Below, piece after piece: positions 37,402 through 46,793 of a stretch of 64,000 nt of DNA (positions within the stretch are counted from its first letter, which is position 1; each line of letters begins with the position of its first letter). The stretch is from IMG/VR virus record IMGVR_UViG_3300009285_004753, positions 28,280-92,279 of that record. The stretch is one strand, 5' to 3'. The DNA comes from a virus. The notes below the pieces were generated by a model, which did no database searches, was not told the DNA's origin, and worked only from the letters and a program-made list of their open reading frames with translations. The translations under genes and the position numbers were made by a program.

Positions 37402-39765
37402 TTACAGCTTGAAGTTGCCGACGTATTCCTCGAACGTGACTCCGGCCGGTGTGACGATCCATTTGATGTAGATACGCTCTGCCGTCTCGGGGAATTCGAC
37501 CCAGCAGTAACCCTGCGCTGAGTTGGCCTGCGGGAGCACGGCCGGATCGTTGGTGATGGCGTTGCACTTCGACTCGAAGTTCTTGATCCCGCCGCCGGAC
37601 TTGACGTACCCGCACGCCTTATCTATGACGGATTTGATGTTGCCCCACAGGGTCGAGTCTGAAGTGTCAAACTCCAGTTCGGAAATGTACGAAGCGCCGG
37701 TGACTTCCAGCAGGGTCAGCGTCATGCGGTTGTTGATGCGATTCAGGCGGGAAGTGGACCGGAGACCCGTGTGCTGCCCCTTCAGCATGATCCCCTTGCC
37801 CGCGACAGAGACGAGGGGGTTGACGCACTGGTTCTCAGCCTGCATCATGTCGCGCTGGTCGAATTCGATGGAGTAGGCCACACCGAGTGCGTGAGGAACG
37901 ATGCCGCGCTTCGGGCCGGCGGGCGCTTTCCAGGGTCCGCCCTGTTCGGCGGCGCGGCACATGCAATAGACTATGATACCGGACGGCGGGCAGTTGACGT
38001 TCTTGTCGTTGTACTCGTCATACACGCTGACCTCGGGCCAGGCCATGCAGGAACCGGACGCGCTGATCGGCGATGTACGGATGTTGGTGCCGTTCGACCA
38101 GCGCAAGATATCCGTCGGGTTGGTGACGGTAGCGATGGGCGGTCCGTCGAGGACGACTTGACAGTCCTTGCGGACCTCGCGGATGGCCTCCATCTCGTTC
38201 TGCACCGCCTGCTCGTCTTCACCACCGGCAGCCAGCACGTCGATCAGCACCTGTTCGCTGTTCTTGAACAGGCGCAGTGCCGCTATCTTGTCGGATGTCG
38301 CGATTGTTGCATCTCCGTCGTACCCTCCGTTGAACACGTAACCGGAAGCGAACAGCGGCTCTGCCAGGTCAGCACGTGCCGTGGTCTGAATCGGCTCAGT
38401 CGTTGCAGCGACAACAGCGCCGGACGGCAACGAGAAGTAGATGCTGCCCGCCGCGTCGGTCGCGAAGGCGGTGCGGTTCGTGTTGGCCCACGACTCCAAC
38501 AGCACGCCGGACTCGTACAGATCCACGGTCCAGTTCGCCGGCGCCCCGTTAAAGACCTTGACTTCAGCAGTGAAGTTGTTACCGCGCGTGCCTTTGTAAT
38601 AGCCCTGAAGCCGGACGGACGCGGGCAGGATGTAGAAGTCAAGATTCGCCAGTGTAGCAGCGAAAGCCCGATTCACCGTCAACTGTGTGTCGCTGTCAGT
38701 GGAGGTGACAACGTACACGCCGTTGTCTGTGGTCGGCGATCCCTCGTTCACGATCAGGATATCACCGGCGACAACGCCCCACTTGCTGAAGTAGGAGAAC
38801 GCCGACGTGAAGGTCTTCAGACCGATCGCGGCTGATCCGTCACCGCTTGCCGGAACGGCTCCGCCGGGACCGCCGCTGGTCGCGTCGGGATTGATGATCG
38901 TCCGCGGCTTGTAGATGTAAAAGTCCAAGTTGCTTTTGTTGCCGACAGGCAGGTCGCGGTCCAAGACAACTTGTTCTGCCGACGCGACAGAATCGACCAG
39001 GTACACGCCGTCGTCTTCGGTGCTGCCGGGCGCGGCTTCGTAGATGTGGACAATGTCGCCTGCTGCCACACCGGATGTCGTGAAGTTTTCGCCATTGACT
39101 GCAACGGACGTCAGTGTACGTGCCGACACGGTTCCGGTCGCGCCGTTCGTCTTGGCGTTGCACCGGGTCGTGTGTACCTCGAAGTTGATGATGGCGCCGG
39201 AGGCCGACAGATCAGCGGGCCAGTCCCGGTTGACGGTCAGTACACCAGCAGCTACGGCCGTGATGATGTATGTCCCATTGCACGTATTCGCCGGGGCATC
39301 TTCGTTGATGTACAGGAAGTGCCCAACCTTCACTCCGCTGGCGATGAACCCCGGAACAGCAGCGGATGTCAGCGTGCGGACTCCGACGGCCGACAGCAGT
39401 CCGTCCGTCCCCGTTTTGAATGCCGGTGACCGCCCCCCGCGGAGAGTGCCCAGCGCCTTCACGGCCGGGTCAAGCGCCGCGTCGCACCGTACCAACTGCC
39501 CGAACCGCCCTTTGCGGAAGTACTCGCGGACAGTGTACCAGCCGTACTGGATCGAGCCCGCTGCCCAGGTCGCCTTCGGTTTGCCGAATGTCGCCAGGAA
39601 GCTGTCATGCGACGTACACAGCGTCGGAGCCGTGAGCGTGTCGGACATTGCCGGCCCCCACGTCGCGGCGAGAATGGCGCCGAGGCGCAGGTTGACGTTC
39701 AGGTTGACGGAGTACGAACGGTCGTCTTCCTGATTGTATGTGCCGGATGCGTTGTATGTCGTCAT
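37402..39765 (-). CDS. Tail sheath protein (gp18-like) with three inserted beta-barrel modules
   Basis: GAILAATWGP..FLATFGKP, AMAWPEV..PPSG, WKAPAGPKRG, NPL..GQHT..RINNR, EFDTSDSTLW. Confidence 0.93.
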   Translation of the reverse strand: MTTYNASGTYNQEDDRSYSVNLNVNLRLGAILAATWGPAMSDTLTAPTLCTSHDSFLATFGKPKATWAAGSIQYGWYTVREYFRKGRFGQLVRCDAALDPAVKALGTLRGGRSPAFKTGTDGLLSAVGVRTLTSAAVPGFIASGVKVGHFLYINEDAPANTCNGTYIITAVAAGVLTVNRDWPADLSASGAIINFEVHTTRCNAKTNGATGTVSARTLTSVAVNGENFTTSGVAAGDIVHIYEAAPGSTEDDGVYLVDSVASAEQVVLDRDLPVGNKSNLDFYIYKPRTIINPDATSGGPGGAVPASGDGSAAIGLKTFTSAFSYFSKWGVVAGDILIVNEGSPTTDNGVYVVTSTDSDTQLTVNRAFAATLANLDFYILPASVRLQGYYKGTRGNNFTAEVKVFNGAPANWTVDLYESGVLLESWANTNRTAFATDAAGSIYFSLPSGAVVAATTEPIQTTARADLAEPLFASGYVFNGGYDGDATIATSDKIAALRLFKNSEQVLIDVLAAGGEDEQAVQNEMEAIREVRKDCQVVLDGPPIATVTNPTDILRWSNGTNIRTSPISASGSCMAWPEVSVYDEYNDKNVNCPPSGIIVYCMCRAAEQGGPWKAPAGPKRGIVPHALGVAYSIEFDQRDMMQAENQCVNPLVSVAGKGIMLKGQHTGLRSTSRLNRINNRMTLTLLEVTGASYISELEFDTSDSTLWGNIKSVIDKACGYVKSGGGIKNFESKCNAITNDPAVLPQANSAQGYCWVEFPETAERIYIKWIVTPAGVTFEEYVGNFKL

Positions 39766-39780
39766 TGATTCCTCCGCGTC

Positions 39781-40095
39781 TTAGTCGTTGAGAGTCTTGA
39801 TCTCGTCGTCTTCGTCGGGCCTGTCTTCGACTGGCATCGGCAACGGAGGCGGCAGTTCTACCTTCACTTCCACTGTGATTGCTGCGGGCTGCGGTTCTTC
39901 GATCGGCAGAATCCGCAGCTTACCGCTGCGAACAAGGGACTGCAGCGCCGGTTCTTCGATGGCGTAGTCCCCCTCGGCGAACAAGTCGCCGCCGGGTCCG
40001 ATCACGCTGGTACACGCGTGCCGTTTTGCCGGTCCCAGGAAGACCCGCACGGTCAGCGCCTGTTCGGTCAGATTCTGAATCCTGTACTTCGCCAT
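39781..40095 (-). CDS. Small virion-associated protein preceding the sheath gene
   Basis: MAKYRIQNLTEQ.. 104 aa; GGAGG RBS. Confidence 0.65.
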   Translation of the reverse strand: MAKYRIQNLTEQALTVRVFLGPAKRHACTSVIGPGGDLFAEGDYAIEEPALQSLVRSGKLRILPIEEPQPAAITVEVKVELPPPLPMPVEDRPDEDDEIKTLND

Positions 40096-40096
40096 C

Positions 40097-41032
40097 TCAT
40101 GCCTCCGTAAAGAACCCGGCCTCGACCGGCGTATCTGCGTCAGGCGCCGTCGTGAACGTAACGGCAACCGCTCCAGTTGTGTAATTCACAGTACCGGTAA
40201 TCCCGGTTCCCGAGATCACGCCTGCACCGTCGTCGAACCCCGTTACCGTTAATCCGCCGACCGTACCCGTCACCAGCACCGAGTATGTCTGCAAATGCAT
40301 CCCGAACGTATCGCTGAAGTTCTTGTTCGCTCCATCGCCGGTACCGAGCGGGTGTCTACGTGGGCTGTAGATACGTTCGATCTCGTTCTGTGTGCCCCAA
40401 TCGAAGAATTTGATGATGATGTTGCGGGCGACTTGTTTCTCGACCAGCGTGTTGTCGAAGATCCACCCCTCCAGATAGTACGGAAGTGTGAAGCGCACCA
40501 ACCGCTCACCGAAGCGCTCAGCCGACTCTAGGTTCGTCGTGTTGACCACGGCGTTCCCAAAGAGCAGCGTTGCCTTCTTCCAACCCCACGGATCACCGGC
40601 GTGGACAGAAAGCCACGCGTATCCGCGACCGGTCAAAAACACGAGCTTCTGAATGAGTAGGTGTGCCTCGCGCGCCGTCTCGGTCCAGATGTCGGCGGTA
40701 TAGGGTATCCGGGCAAGCATCGGCATTCTGGCGGTCCGCCGCAGGAGCTTTGTTTGCTGCTGCGCCTTGGAGTAGCCCAGATTGCGGATCACGGCTGTTG
40801 ATTGCCGGTCGCCGGGAAACTCAATGTTCTCGCCAGCGTACAAGGAGACCAGCGGCAGGTTGGGACGCGACTGTCCAGACTGCAATACCGTTTTCGCTTC
40901 GATCATGGCGCGGTCTACTGGTGACGTGATCACGTTGACGGTGTGTTCTAGTACGCCGCTGCACAGACCAACGAAAGTCTGCCGCATCGCGAGGTCATAC
41001 GCCTCGAATATATCTACTGGCCTGGCGCTCAC
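40097..41032 (-). CDS. Tail terminator/completion protein (gp15-like) with C-terminal beta module
   Basis: YDLAM..RPNLPLVSL..IPYTADIWT..EGW; position before the sheath gene. Confidence 0.7.
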   Translation of the reverse strand: MSARPVDIFEAYDLAMRQTFVGLCSGVLEHTVNVITSPVDRAMIEAKTVLQSGQSRPNLPLVSLYAGENIEFPGDRQSTAVIRNLGYSKAQQQTKLLRRTARMPMLARIPYTADIWTETAREAHLLIQKLVFLTGRGYAWLSVHAGDPWGWKKATLLFGNAVVNTTNLESAERFGERLVRFTLPYYLEGWIFDNTLVEKQVARNIIIKFFDWGTQNEIERIYSPRRHPLGTGDGANKNFSDTFGMHLQTYSVLVTGTVGGLTVTGFDDGAGVISGTGITGTVNYTTGAVAVTFTTAPDADTPVEAGFFTEA

Positions 41033-41427
41033 CTATCCCCCGTATCAGGCGCGCGCCCGCCTTCCATGACAGTAAGCAGCGTGCGGTTCAACTTGTTGAA
41101 CGCCGCTGTCATTTCACCGACGCGGGCCTCTAATTCAGAAAACCGCTCCATCGCGTTTGTGTTGGACTGCTTGACAAGCGCAATGTCCTGCTGTGCTGTC
41201 GAGAATGAACCGAGGTACGCCTTTTGCTGGAGCAGGCAGTGATTCTGAATCAGCAAGGCGGCGTCATCTTTCTTGACGACCTTACGTTCGAGATCCACTA
41301 CCATCTCGTATGCCGTTGTAGTCCGTTTTACCAAGTACAGAAACAGCGGGATTCCGATACCAGCGATAATCGCTGTGATGACACTCAGGATTGGAAAGAC
41401 TGCGCCTACAGCACTAGTTTCTTCCAC
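41029..41427 (-). CDS. Membrane-anchored coiled-coil protein
   Basis: N-terminal hydrophobic segment (ILSVITAIIAGIGIPLFLYLV) followed by heptad repeats. Confidence 0.6.
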   Translation of the reverse strand: MEETSAVGAVFPILSVITAIIAGIGIPLFLYLVKRTTTAYEMVVDLERKVVKKDDAALLIQNHCLLQQKAYLGSFSTAQQDIALVKQSNTNAMERFSELEARVGEMTAAFNKLNRTLLTVMEGGRAPDTGDR

Positions 41428-41459
41428 AGTAGACCTCGGCGGTACGGGACGGAACCATA

Positions 41460-42227
41460 CTACTGCTTCGGGGGTTCTGCCGGCGGCGGCGTCCCGCCAT
41501 CAGGCGGGGACACCGCGTCTTCGGGTGGGAAGATGTCTTCATCGTCTTCATCTTCCTCATCCGGCTCTTCTTCGGACTCCGGGTCGAAGTAGAGATCCAG
41601 TTCATCCTCGGGGAGTGTGAGTTTCGCCGTCAGGAAATCGGGCGTCTTCTTCCCTCCGCCCTCTGCCGGCTTGTCGCCGTCGGGCTTCGGCGGGTCCACC
41701 GGCGGCACGGGCGGGTCGGGCGGGTCGGTGTCGGCCCCCTCTTCCTTCTTGCCGGGCTCAGCCGGCTTCTTCTCACCGTCAGGCGCCGTATCGTCTTCGC
41801 TCCGCGGTAGGATCTTCTCGACCGAACGGAGCGCCAGCGTCAACTGCTCGTCCTCCTCCGACTTCTCGACGATTTCGATCTTGACCCTGGTTCCGGCAGG
41901 GATCGTCTCTACCGGCTGAAGCAGGACGTAAGAGAAGCCCTCCTGCACCGCTTCGGTAATTGCTTTCACGTTGACCAGCATCTTGACCGCTATGTCGATG
42001 CGGAGTTGGTTCAGGTGCGGGAAGTTCACCGCCAGGAACTCGGCGACGTCCTTCGCGTTCGGCTTCAGTCTGCCCGCAGCGATCTCTGCTTTCGCCGTAT
42101 CGACCAGCGGGCCGACACGCAGGTCTTCCAGCATTGAGACGAACGCCTCGACAACAGCGCCGGGCTGTGCCCCGCGCATCACATGCTCAGTCCAGTGCCG
42201 AACCGTTGCCCGTGTCTTCTTGCTCAT
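41460..42227 (-). CDS. Hypothetical head/neck-region protein with acidic Pro-rich tail
   Basis: 255 aa; GGAG RBS. Confidence 0.65.
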   Translation of the reverse strand: MSKKTRATVRHWTEHVMRGAQPGAVVEAFVSMLEDLRVGPLVDTAKAEIAAGRLKPNAKDVAEFLAVNFPHLNQLRIDIAVKMLVNVKAITEAVQEGFSYVLLQPVETIPAGTRVKIEIVEKSEEDEQLTLALRSVEKILPRSEDDTAPDGEKKPAEPGKKEEGADTDPPDPPVPPVDPPKPDGDKPAEGGGKKTPDFLTAKLTLPEDELDLYFDPESEEEPDEEDEDDEDIFPPEDAVSPPDGGTPPPAEPPKQ

Positions 42228-42793
42228 GTTCTCTCCTTACGGCCGGCGTCGATTGAGCGCGCCAGCGCAGTCATCTGATCGAAATCCCGCCAGTTGATAT
42301 GGTCCCACGCCTCACTTTCGACCTGCGACAGCAACTGCCGCAGCTTGTCCTGAAGGTGAGTCTTTGCCGTGTCTACTGTCATCGTGCCGACACCGCCGAC
42401 ACGAACCGGCGGATCATCGCCGATGTCGTCTTTCAGCCCGAGATCCGCACCGGGCGCTTCGTTCAACGCCGCCCGGAGCGAGGAAACTTCAACCGCCTCG
42501 GACTGTGCGTGCGGAGCGAGAGCGCCCTTGGCGTGCGCTGCACGGCGGAAAGTAGTATAGGCATGAACACGCGCGGCTTGGTCGATGTCGGCGTATTCTG
42601 TCGGAGCGCCGAAGTACGCCTGTACGGCACTCTCTGCCGCTTCTTTCGCCGTCCGATACTCGTCGGAGTTGACGCCGTTCTGCCGCTTCACCCACAACAA
42701 ACGGCGAAACGCCGTGAGTGCCGAACGAATCTGTTCGTCCGACACGTCTTCATGCAGTATGCGGAGAAAGCTCTGTTTTGCCGTGTCTGTCAT
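42224..42793 (-). CDS. Putative internal head protein
   Basis: MTDTAKQSFLRILHE leader resembling the shared targeting motif; internal ALNEA. Confidence 0.55.
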   Translation of the reverse strand: MTDTAKQSFLRILHEDVSDEQIRSALTAFRRLLWVKRQNGVNSDEYRTAKEAAESAVQAYFGAPTEYADIDQAARVHAYTTFRRAAHAKGALAPHAQSEAVEVSSLRAALNEAPGADLGLKDDIGDDPPVRVGGVGTMTVDTAKTHLQDKLRQLLSQVESEAWDHINWRDFDQMTALARSIDAGRKERT

Positions 42794-43173
42794 ATCTGTG
42801 CCATCGCCTTCTTGATCTGGTGGATGACGCCGCGCCACGCCTGATGCGGTCGGATACCAAGTGAGACGGACCCGTACTCGTAAAGCCGCAAGCGACGCCA
42901 CATCTCAGGGTCTATTCTCACAGCATACGCTCCGGGGGTTTCGATGATGGTCACGCTGTCAACAACGGCAGAATAGGTGATCTTGTACTCGGCAGGGACA
43001 GTGACATCGGTTCCAACGGCCGACAGTTGCGACTCAATGCGCTTCAGCACCTCGGCGCGGACTGCATACGCCCTTGCTGCCATCTTGCTCTGCTGCGCCT
43101 GCACGACTTCAGGCCGGCGACGAAGGATAACGTCGGTGATCTTCTTTCCCTTGGTTCCGCTATCGAATGTCAC
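42790..43173 (-). CDS. Virion morphogenesis (HK97 gp10-like) protein
   Basis: LYEYGSVSLGIRPHQAWR resembles EYG..IPPRP.WR; GTG start overlapping the upstream stop. Confidence 0.55.
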   Translation of the reverse strand: MTFDSGTKGKKITDVILRRRPEVVQAQQSKMAARAYAVRAEVLKRIESQLSAVGTDVTVPAEYKITYSAVVDSVTIIETPGAYAVRIDPEMWRRLRLYEYGSVSLGIRPHQAWRGVIHQIKKAMAQI

Positions 43174-43523
43174 GGTGTGAAGATCTCCCCCGTGGCTTTG
43201 TTCACATACAGCGTCTTGAAGCACCAGATCCGGTCTAGCTGCAGACTCACGGCAACGTCATCCAGCGGTAACTCCGCCAATCGAGACCGTACCTGGACTT
43301 CTGTGGCGTCCAAGTCCTTGCCGCTTTCGGTGATTACGAATTTCTCGTCGTCAGTCAACTGGATACGGAATATGTCCTGCGGTTGCATCCGACTTGCGGC
43401 GTGTGCTGCCGCTGATCTGTGCACACGGTCTGCTACCGCCTCGATGTCGGCAACCATCTCGCTCTGCAACTCGATGCGCCGGCGGATCACTTCACTCGGC
43501 GTCAGTGGTTCGTATACCCGCAC
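43170..43523 (-). CDS. Hypothetical protein
   Basis: 117 aa, coupled. Confidence 0.6.
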   Translation of the reverse strand: MRVYEPLTPSEVIRRRIELQSEMVADIEAVADRVHRSAAAHAASRMQPQDIFRIQLTDDEKFVITESGKDLDATEVQVRSRLAELPLDDVAVSLQLDRIWCFKTLYVNKATGEIFTP

Positions 43524-44275
43524 TACGCCCCCTGCACAGGTGTGACTTTCTGCTGATTCGGCGGCAGGTCTCCGCCGGTTGGAGCGGCGTCTGCGAGCAG
43601 CGCCTTACGAATGGAGTTTGCTACATCCTGCGGCGTCGCCAATCCGTCGAACTTCAGGCTCCGGTTTACCGACCCCAGAATCGGGTGACGGTAGTCCAGG
43701 TTGACATGCCCGACTGAGTTGCGGCGCTCTGCATCGTGCCCGTCGCTTACACCGATACTGAATGGAGCAGTGCAGCAGCAATACCCGTCGTTATTCGATG
43801 CGACAGCAACGGGATCGAGCCGCACGCTGAGAGAGACATCGGCCGGCTGCCCGGCGATTGACGCCGTAAGCGTGAGATGGCGGGATACGTCGCCGCTTGC
43901 CGGCCAGCACGGCGTCGGTTCCTCTTTCCCTGCGTGCTCCAAGGGTCCGATCTTGCCGAGTCCATCCAGTCCGGCAATCACGGCGTCAAGGAATGCCCGA
44001 GTCTGTCCGTACAACACCGCCGCCAAGCAACCGGGCACTTGGCGGTAATCCTGTGTCTTCACGACTTCGGGCTTGTGGATCGGGTACGCATCACCGACCC
44101 ATTCGACCAGTGTGCGTCGCCCATCCGACGGACGGATTTCATGCAGGTTCTTCGGCTGCTGGCCCTCGTCGAGTGTACGGTGACCGGGAGAGCGCTGTAC
44201 CAGCGAAAGCGCAGGATCGTCGGACGCAGACGAAAGCTGTGTCAGTTCACGAAATCTGTCAGAAGCATCCGTCAT
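43523..44275 (-). CDS. Putative internal head protein
   Basis: Leader MTDASDRFRELTQ and TLDEG site. Confidence 0.55.
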   Translation of the reverse strand: MTDASDRFRELTQLSSASDDPALSLVQRSPGHRTLDEGQQPKNLHEIRPSDGRRTLVEWVGDAYPIHKPEVVKTQDYRQVPGCLAAVLYGQTRAFLDAVIAGLDGLGKIGPLEHAGKEEPTPCWPASGDVSRHLTLTASIAGQPADVSLSVRLDPVAVASNNDGYCCCTAPFSIGVSDGHDAERRNSVGHVNLDYRHPILGSVNRSLKFDGLATPQDVANSIRKALLADAAPTGGDLPPNQQKVTPVQGA

Positions 44276-44958
44276 GTCGAAATCCTCCGCTTGTGCGTGA
44301 CTTCACTTGAACCGAGCCACCGCACATGAACGCCACTACCTGTGAAGAGATCGTCGGGTCTGATGTCGGTGATCTCCTGTTCCCGCCCTTCGTCGTCCAC
44401 GAACCTGTCGCCGACTTTGGGTGTGATGGAGTTATCCTCCAGCGTCTTTGCTGCGAATACCAGGATACCGTTTCGCGGACGGTCGTAACCGTATTTTGTG
44501 CAGACAACGGGGGACGGGTCCATGATCAACAGGAACGGGATCGCCGCTGTCGCGGTCCATGCAACCGAACCCGAAGCCGGATCACCGTACACGTCGTGGT
44601 AAATGACCTCGTAGGGCAACCCCGTCTTACCGCCGTAAGGCCAGTCACTGTCTACTTTTAGCGTAGTGACATTGACGATCTGCACCACCTTGTAATCGCC
44701 GTTGTCGAAATCATCTGTAACCCCGGCAATCCGGAGCAGAGAGTTCACCAGTACGGTTGTCGAGAAATCCTTTGTTGTGTCGGTGAACAGCCGGTTAGTC
44801 ACGACGGCACTGGTAGCGCCGACGGTTCCGCTGATAGCGGCGATCTGCGATTGCCGATACAAGACGCGGTTCGGCCGGTAAAGCTCACCGTATTCTCCGG
44901 CGCGTGCCTTCAGGTACGCTGCATCTTGCGCTGACTGGAATAGGTTCGACTGTGTCAT
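44272..44958 (-). CDS. Head closure/neck protein (gp14-like) with inserted beta-barrel module
   Basis: KYGYDRPRNGILVFAAKTLEDNSITPKVGDRF..EITD. Confidence 0.72.
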   Translation of the reverse strand: MTQSNLFQSAQDAAYLKARAGEYGELYRPNRVLYRQSQIAAISGTVGATSAVVTNRLFTDTTKDFSTTVLVNSLLRIAGVTDDFDNGDYKVVQIVNVTTLKVDSDWPYGGKTGLPYEVIYHDVYGDPASGSVAWTATAAIPFLLIMDPSPVVCTKYGYDRPRNGILVFAAKTLEDNSITPKVGDRFVDDEGREQEITDIRPDDLFTGSGVHVRWLGSSEVTHKRRIST

Positions 44959-45047
44959 GCGGCGGGGTTCTCGGCGCGCTTCGGGCTCTTGAACTTTGAG
45001 TCCCGAGTTTCAGTCAACTCTAGGAACCGGGAGAGCGCAGCATCCAT
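44955..45047 (-). CDS. Unannotated 30-aa micro-protein MDAALSRFLELTETRDSKFKSPKRAENPAA (targeting leader plus short peptide)
   Basis: GGGAG RBS 7 nt upstream, stop overlaps the next ATG (ATGA), leader matches the shared motif. Confidence 0.72.
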   Translation of the reverse strand: MDAALSRFLELTETRDSKFKSPKRAENPAA

Positions 45048-45069
45048 CAGTTCACTCCCTTCGTGCTTG

Positions 45070-46500
45070 TCATGCCCCCGCCCGCGGCGTAGCGCCGGCT
45101 TTCTTCAGTGCCAGCCTGAGTGCCTGTGCCGCCCGCTTCCGGTTGGTCTCCGTGCTGATAGCGTCGGTCGCCGGCCGGTCAAGCAGCCACAAGGCAAACT
45201 CCATTGTCTTGCGGTCACTGACCGCGTCGGTCGTCGCGGGGTCGGTTGCTTCGTGCAGCCGAGTGAGCAGGCGGCTTTTCGGTCCCGTAGTCTTCGCTTC
45301 ACCGATAGAACTCACGGTAGACTCGTCCCCCCCTGTTTCCGCTATGCGATCGGTACCGATCCGTGCTGCTTTCTGGTAGTGAAGCTCGTCAGGATCGCCG
45401 TCGTCGTCCAGGCCGACTTCGTCATCGCCTACGAATACGGTCTGCTTGCTGAACTTGTCCTGGAGTTCAGGATCTTCGACGTAACCCTTCAGGTACGTGT
45501 ACTCGCTCACGTTGAACCCGTCGAAGCCGCGCTCGACCACGGTTCCGTACTCGCTGTCCTTGCCGCCCGGACCGTACCACGTTGCCGTATCTCTGACAAA
45601 CTCGTCAGGCTGCCGGAACGTGTCCTGCTTCGCTGCTTCGGCAAGGAACTGCCGATAGAGCGGGAGCAGGCCCTTGACCGATTCCGACATCATGTCGTCC
45701 ACGGCGGCGTCGGTGAACGATTCGTTCGTCCGCTTCCTGGACTCTGAAATCTTCATCGACTTGATCGCCTCGGGGACGGCCCCCTTCAAACCGAAATCGG
45801 ACGGGTTGATCCCGCCGACCTGCACTTCCCGCAGGAATGTGTCCGCCATCTGCTTTGCCGCAGCTTGCCGCGTCGGCTTGGGGAACTGAGCGGACCACGA
45901 GTGCCCCGGTGTTCCGTGGATGCTGGCGTACTTCTTGGCCCCGGCGTCTGCCAGGTAGAGCCACAAAAGCGGCGCCTTCGTGTGGTCATACTCACCCTTC
46001 ACGATCTTGCGGAGCAGGTTCTGGTGTATCGGTGTCGTCCGCTGCCGGTACAGGTCGCCGTCGTTGTCGATGAAGAGAACGAGTTCATTCGCGCTGACCG
46101 TGTCCTGACCGGAACCCGGAGCATCCCGATCGAAGCGACCCTCGTTCTTCTGCCCCAGCCCCGCGGCGCGTTCCAGTCGGGTCGCCAGCCGCTGAGCGGA
46201 CGACTCAGAATTCTTCCGCAGGTTCGCTATTGCTGCGATCAGCGTGTCCCGGTTTACCGCATGCCCGCCGTACAGGAACGATCCTGCGGCGTAGATCGGA
46301 TCACTGGCACTGGAGTGCCAGTCCATCATCGCCAGCCCGAGCCGTTTCGCTTCAGCCGGTTCGATGGTGATCAGCGGTTCGTCGCCAGTGTCTTCATTGA
46401 CTACGCCGGGACCGGCAGCGGGCTTACTCGTGCTCGGCCTCGACCCGGTCAGGATGGACTTGAACGCGTTGCCTGCGTCAATCTGTTCGTGCACTTTCAT
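45070..46500 (-). CDS. Putative multi-domain internal head polyprotein
   Basis: Domains separated by VNE/KNE/ISE/TNE/IGE/LHE sites; includes an ELVLFIDNDGDLYRQ..YD...GAKKY domain and an acidic C-terminal domain. Confidence 0.6.
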   Translation of the reverse strand: MKVHEQIDAGNAFKSILTGSRPSTSKPAAGPGVVNEDTGDEPLITIEPAEAKRLGLAMMDWHSSASDPIYAAGSFLYGGHAVNRDTLIAAIANLRKNSESSAQRLATRLERAAGLGQKNEGRFDRDAPGSGQDTVSANELVLFIDNDGDLYRQRTTPIHQNLLRKIVKGEYDHTKAPLLWLYLADAGAKKYASIHGTPGHSWSAQFPKPTRQAAAKQMADTFLREVQVGGINPSDFGLKGAVPEAIKSMKISESRKRTNESFTDAAVDDMMSESVKGLLPLYRQFLAEAAKQDTFRQPDEFVRDTATWYGPGGKDSEYGTVVERGFDGFNVSEYTYLKGYVEDPELQDKFSKQTVFVGDDEVGLDDDGDPDELHYQKAARIGTDRIAETGGDESTVSSIGEAKTTGPKSRLLTRLHEATDPATTDAVSDRKTMEFALWLLDRPATDAISTETNRKRAAQALRLALKKAGATPRAGA

Positions 46501-46793
46501 CTCTTGCCTCCAACTCTCACAACATACTCAATAAGGTAGTCCAGTCCTTCAAGCACTTCGGGTCTGGTGTAGAATCGTACATCTTCCTGAAGATGCCCAC
46601 GTGCAGCGAGTAGGGCCGCCGCAACATCGCTGGTTGATGCAAGCGGTCGGCGGAACAACGACTTCGACGCCAGCACCCCCTCGGCAATATCCGCATCGAA
46701 TGTATCAGTGAGCGCTTCGTGTAGTACCTGTTCCGGTCGGCCCCCGTCAACCACCGCCTGTACCAGGTCTCGAACGAGGTCTTCATCCATCAT
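46497..46793 (-). CDS. Small head-associated protein
   Basis: 98 aa; LVQAVVDGGRPEQVLHE leader. Confidence 0.6.
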   Translation of the reverse strand: MMDEDLVRDLVQAVVDGGRPEQVLHEALTDTFDADIAEGVLASKSLFRRPLASTSDVAAALLAARGHLQEDVRFYTRPEVLEGLDYLIEYVVRVGGKR

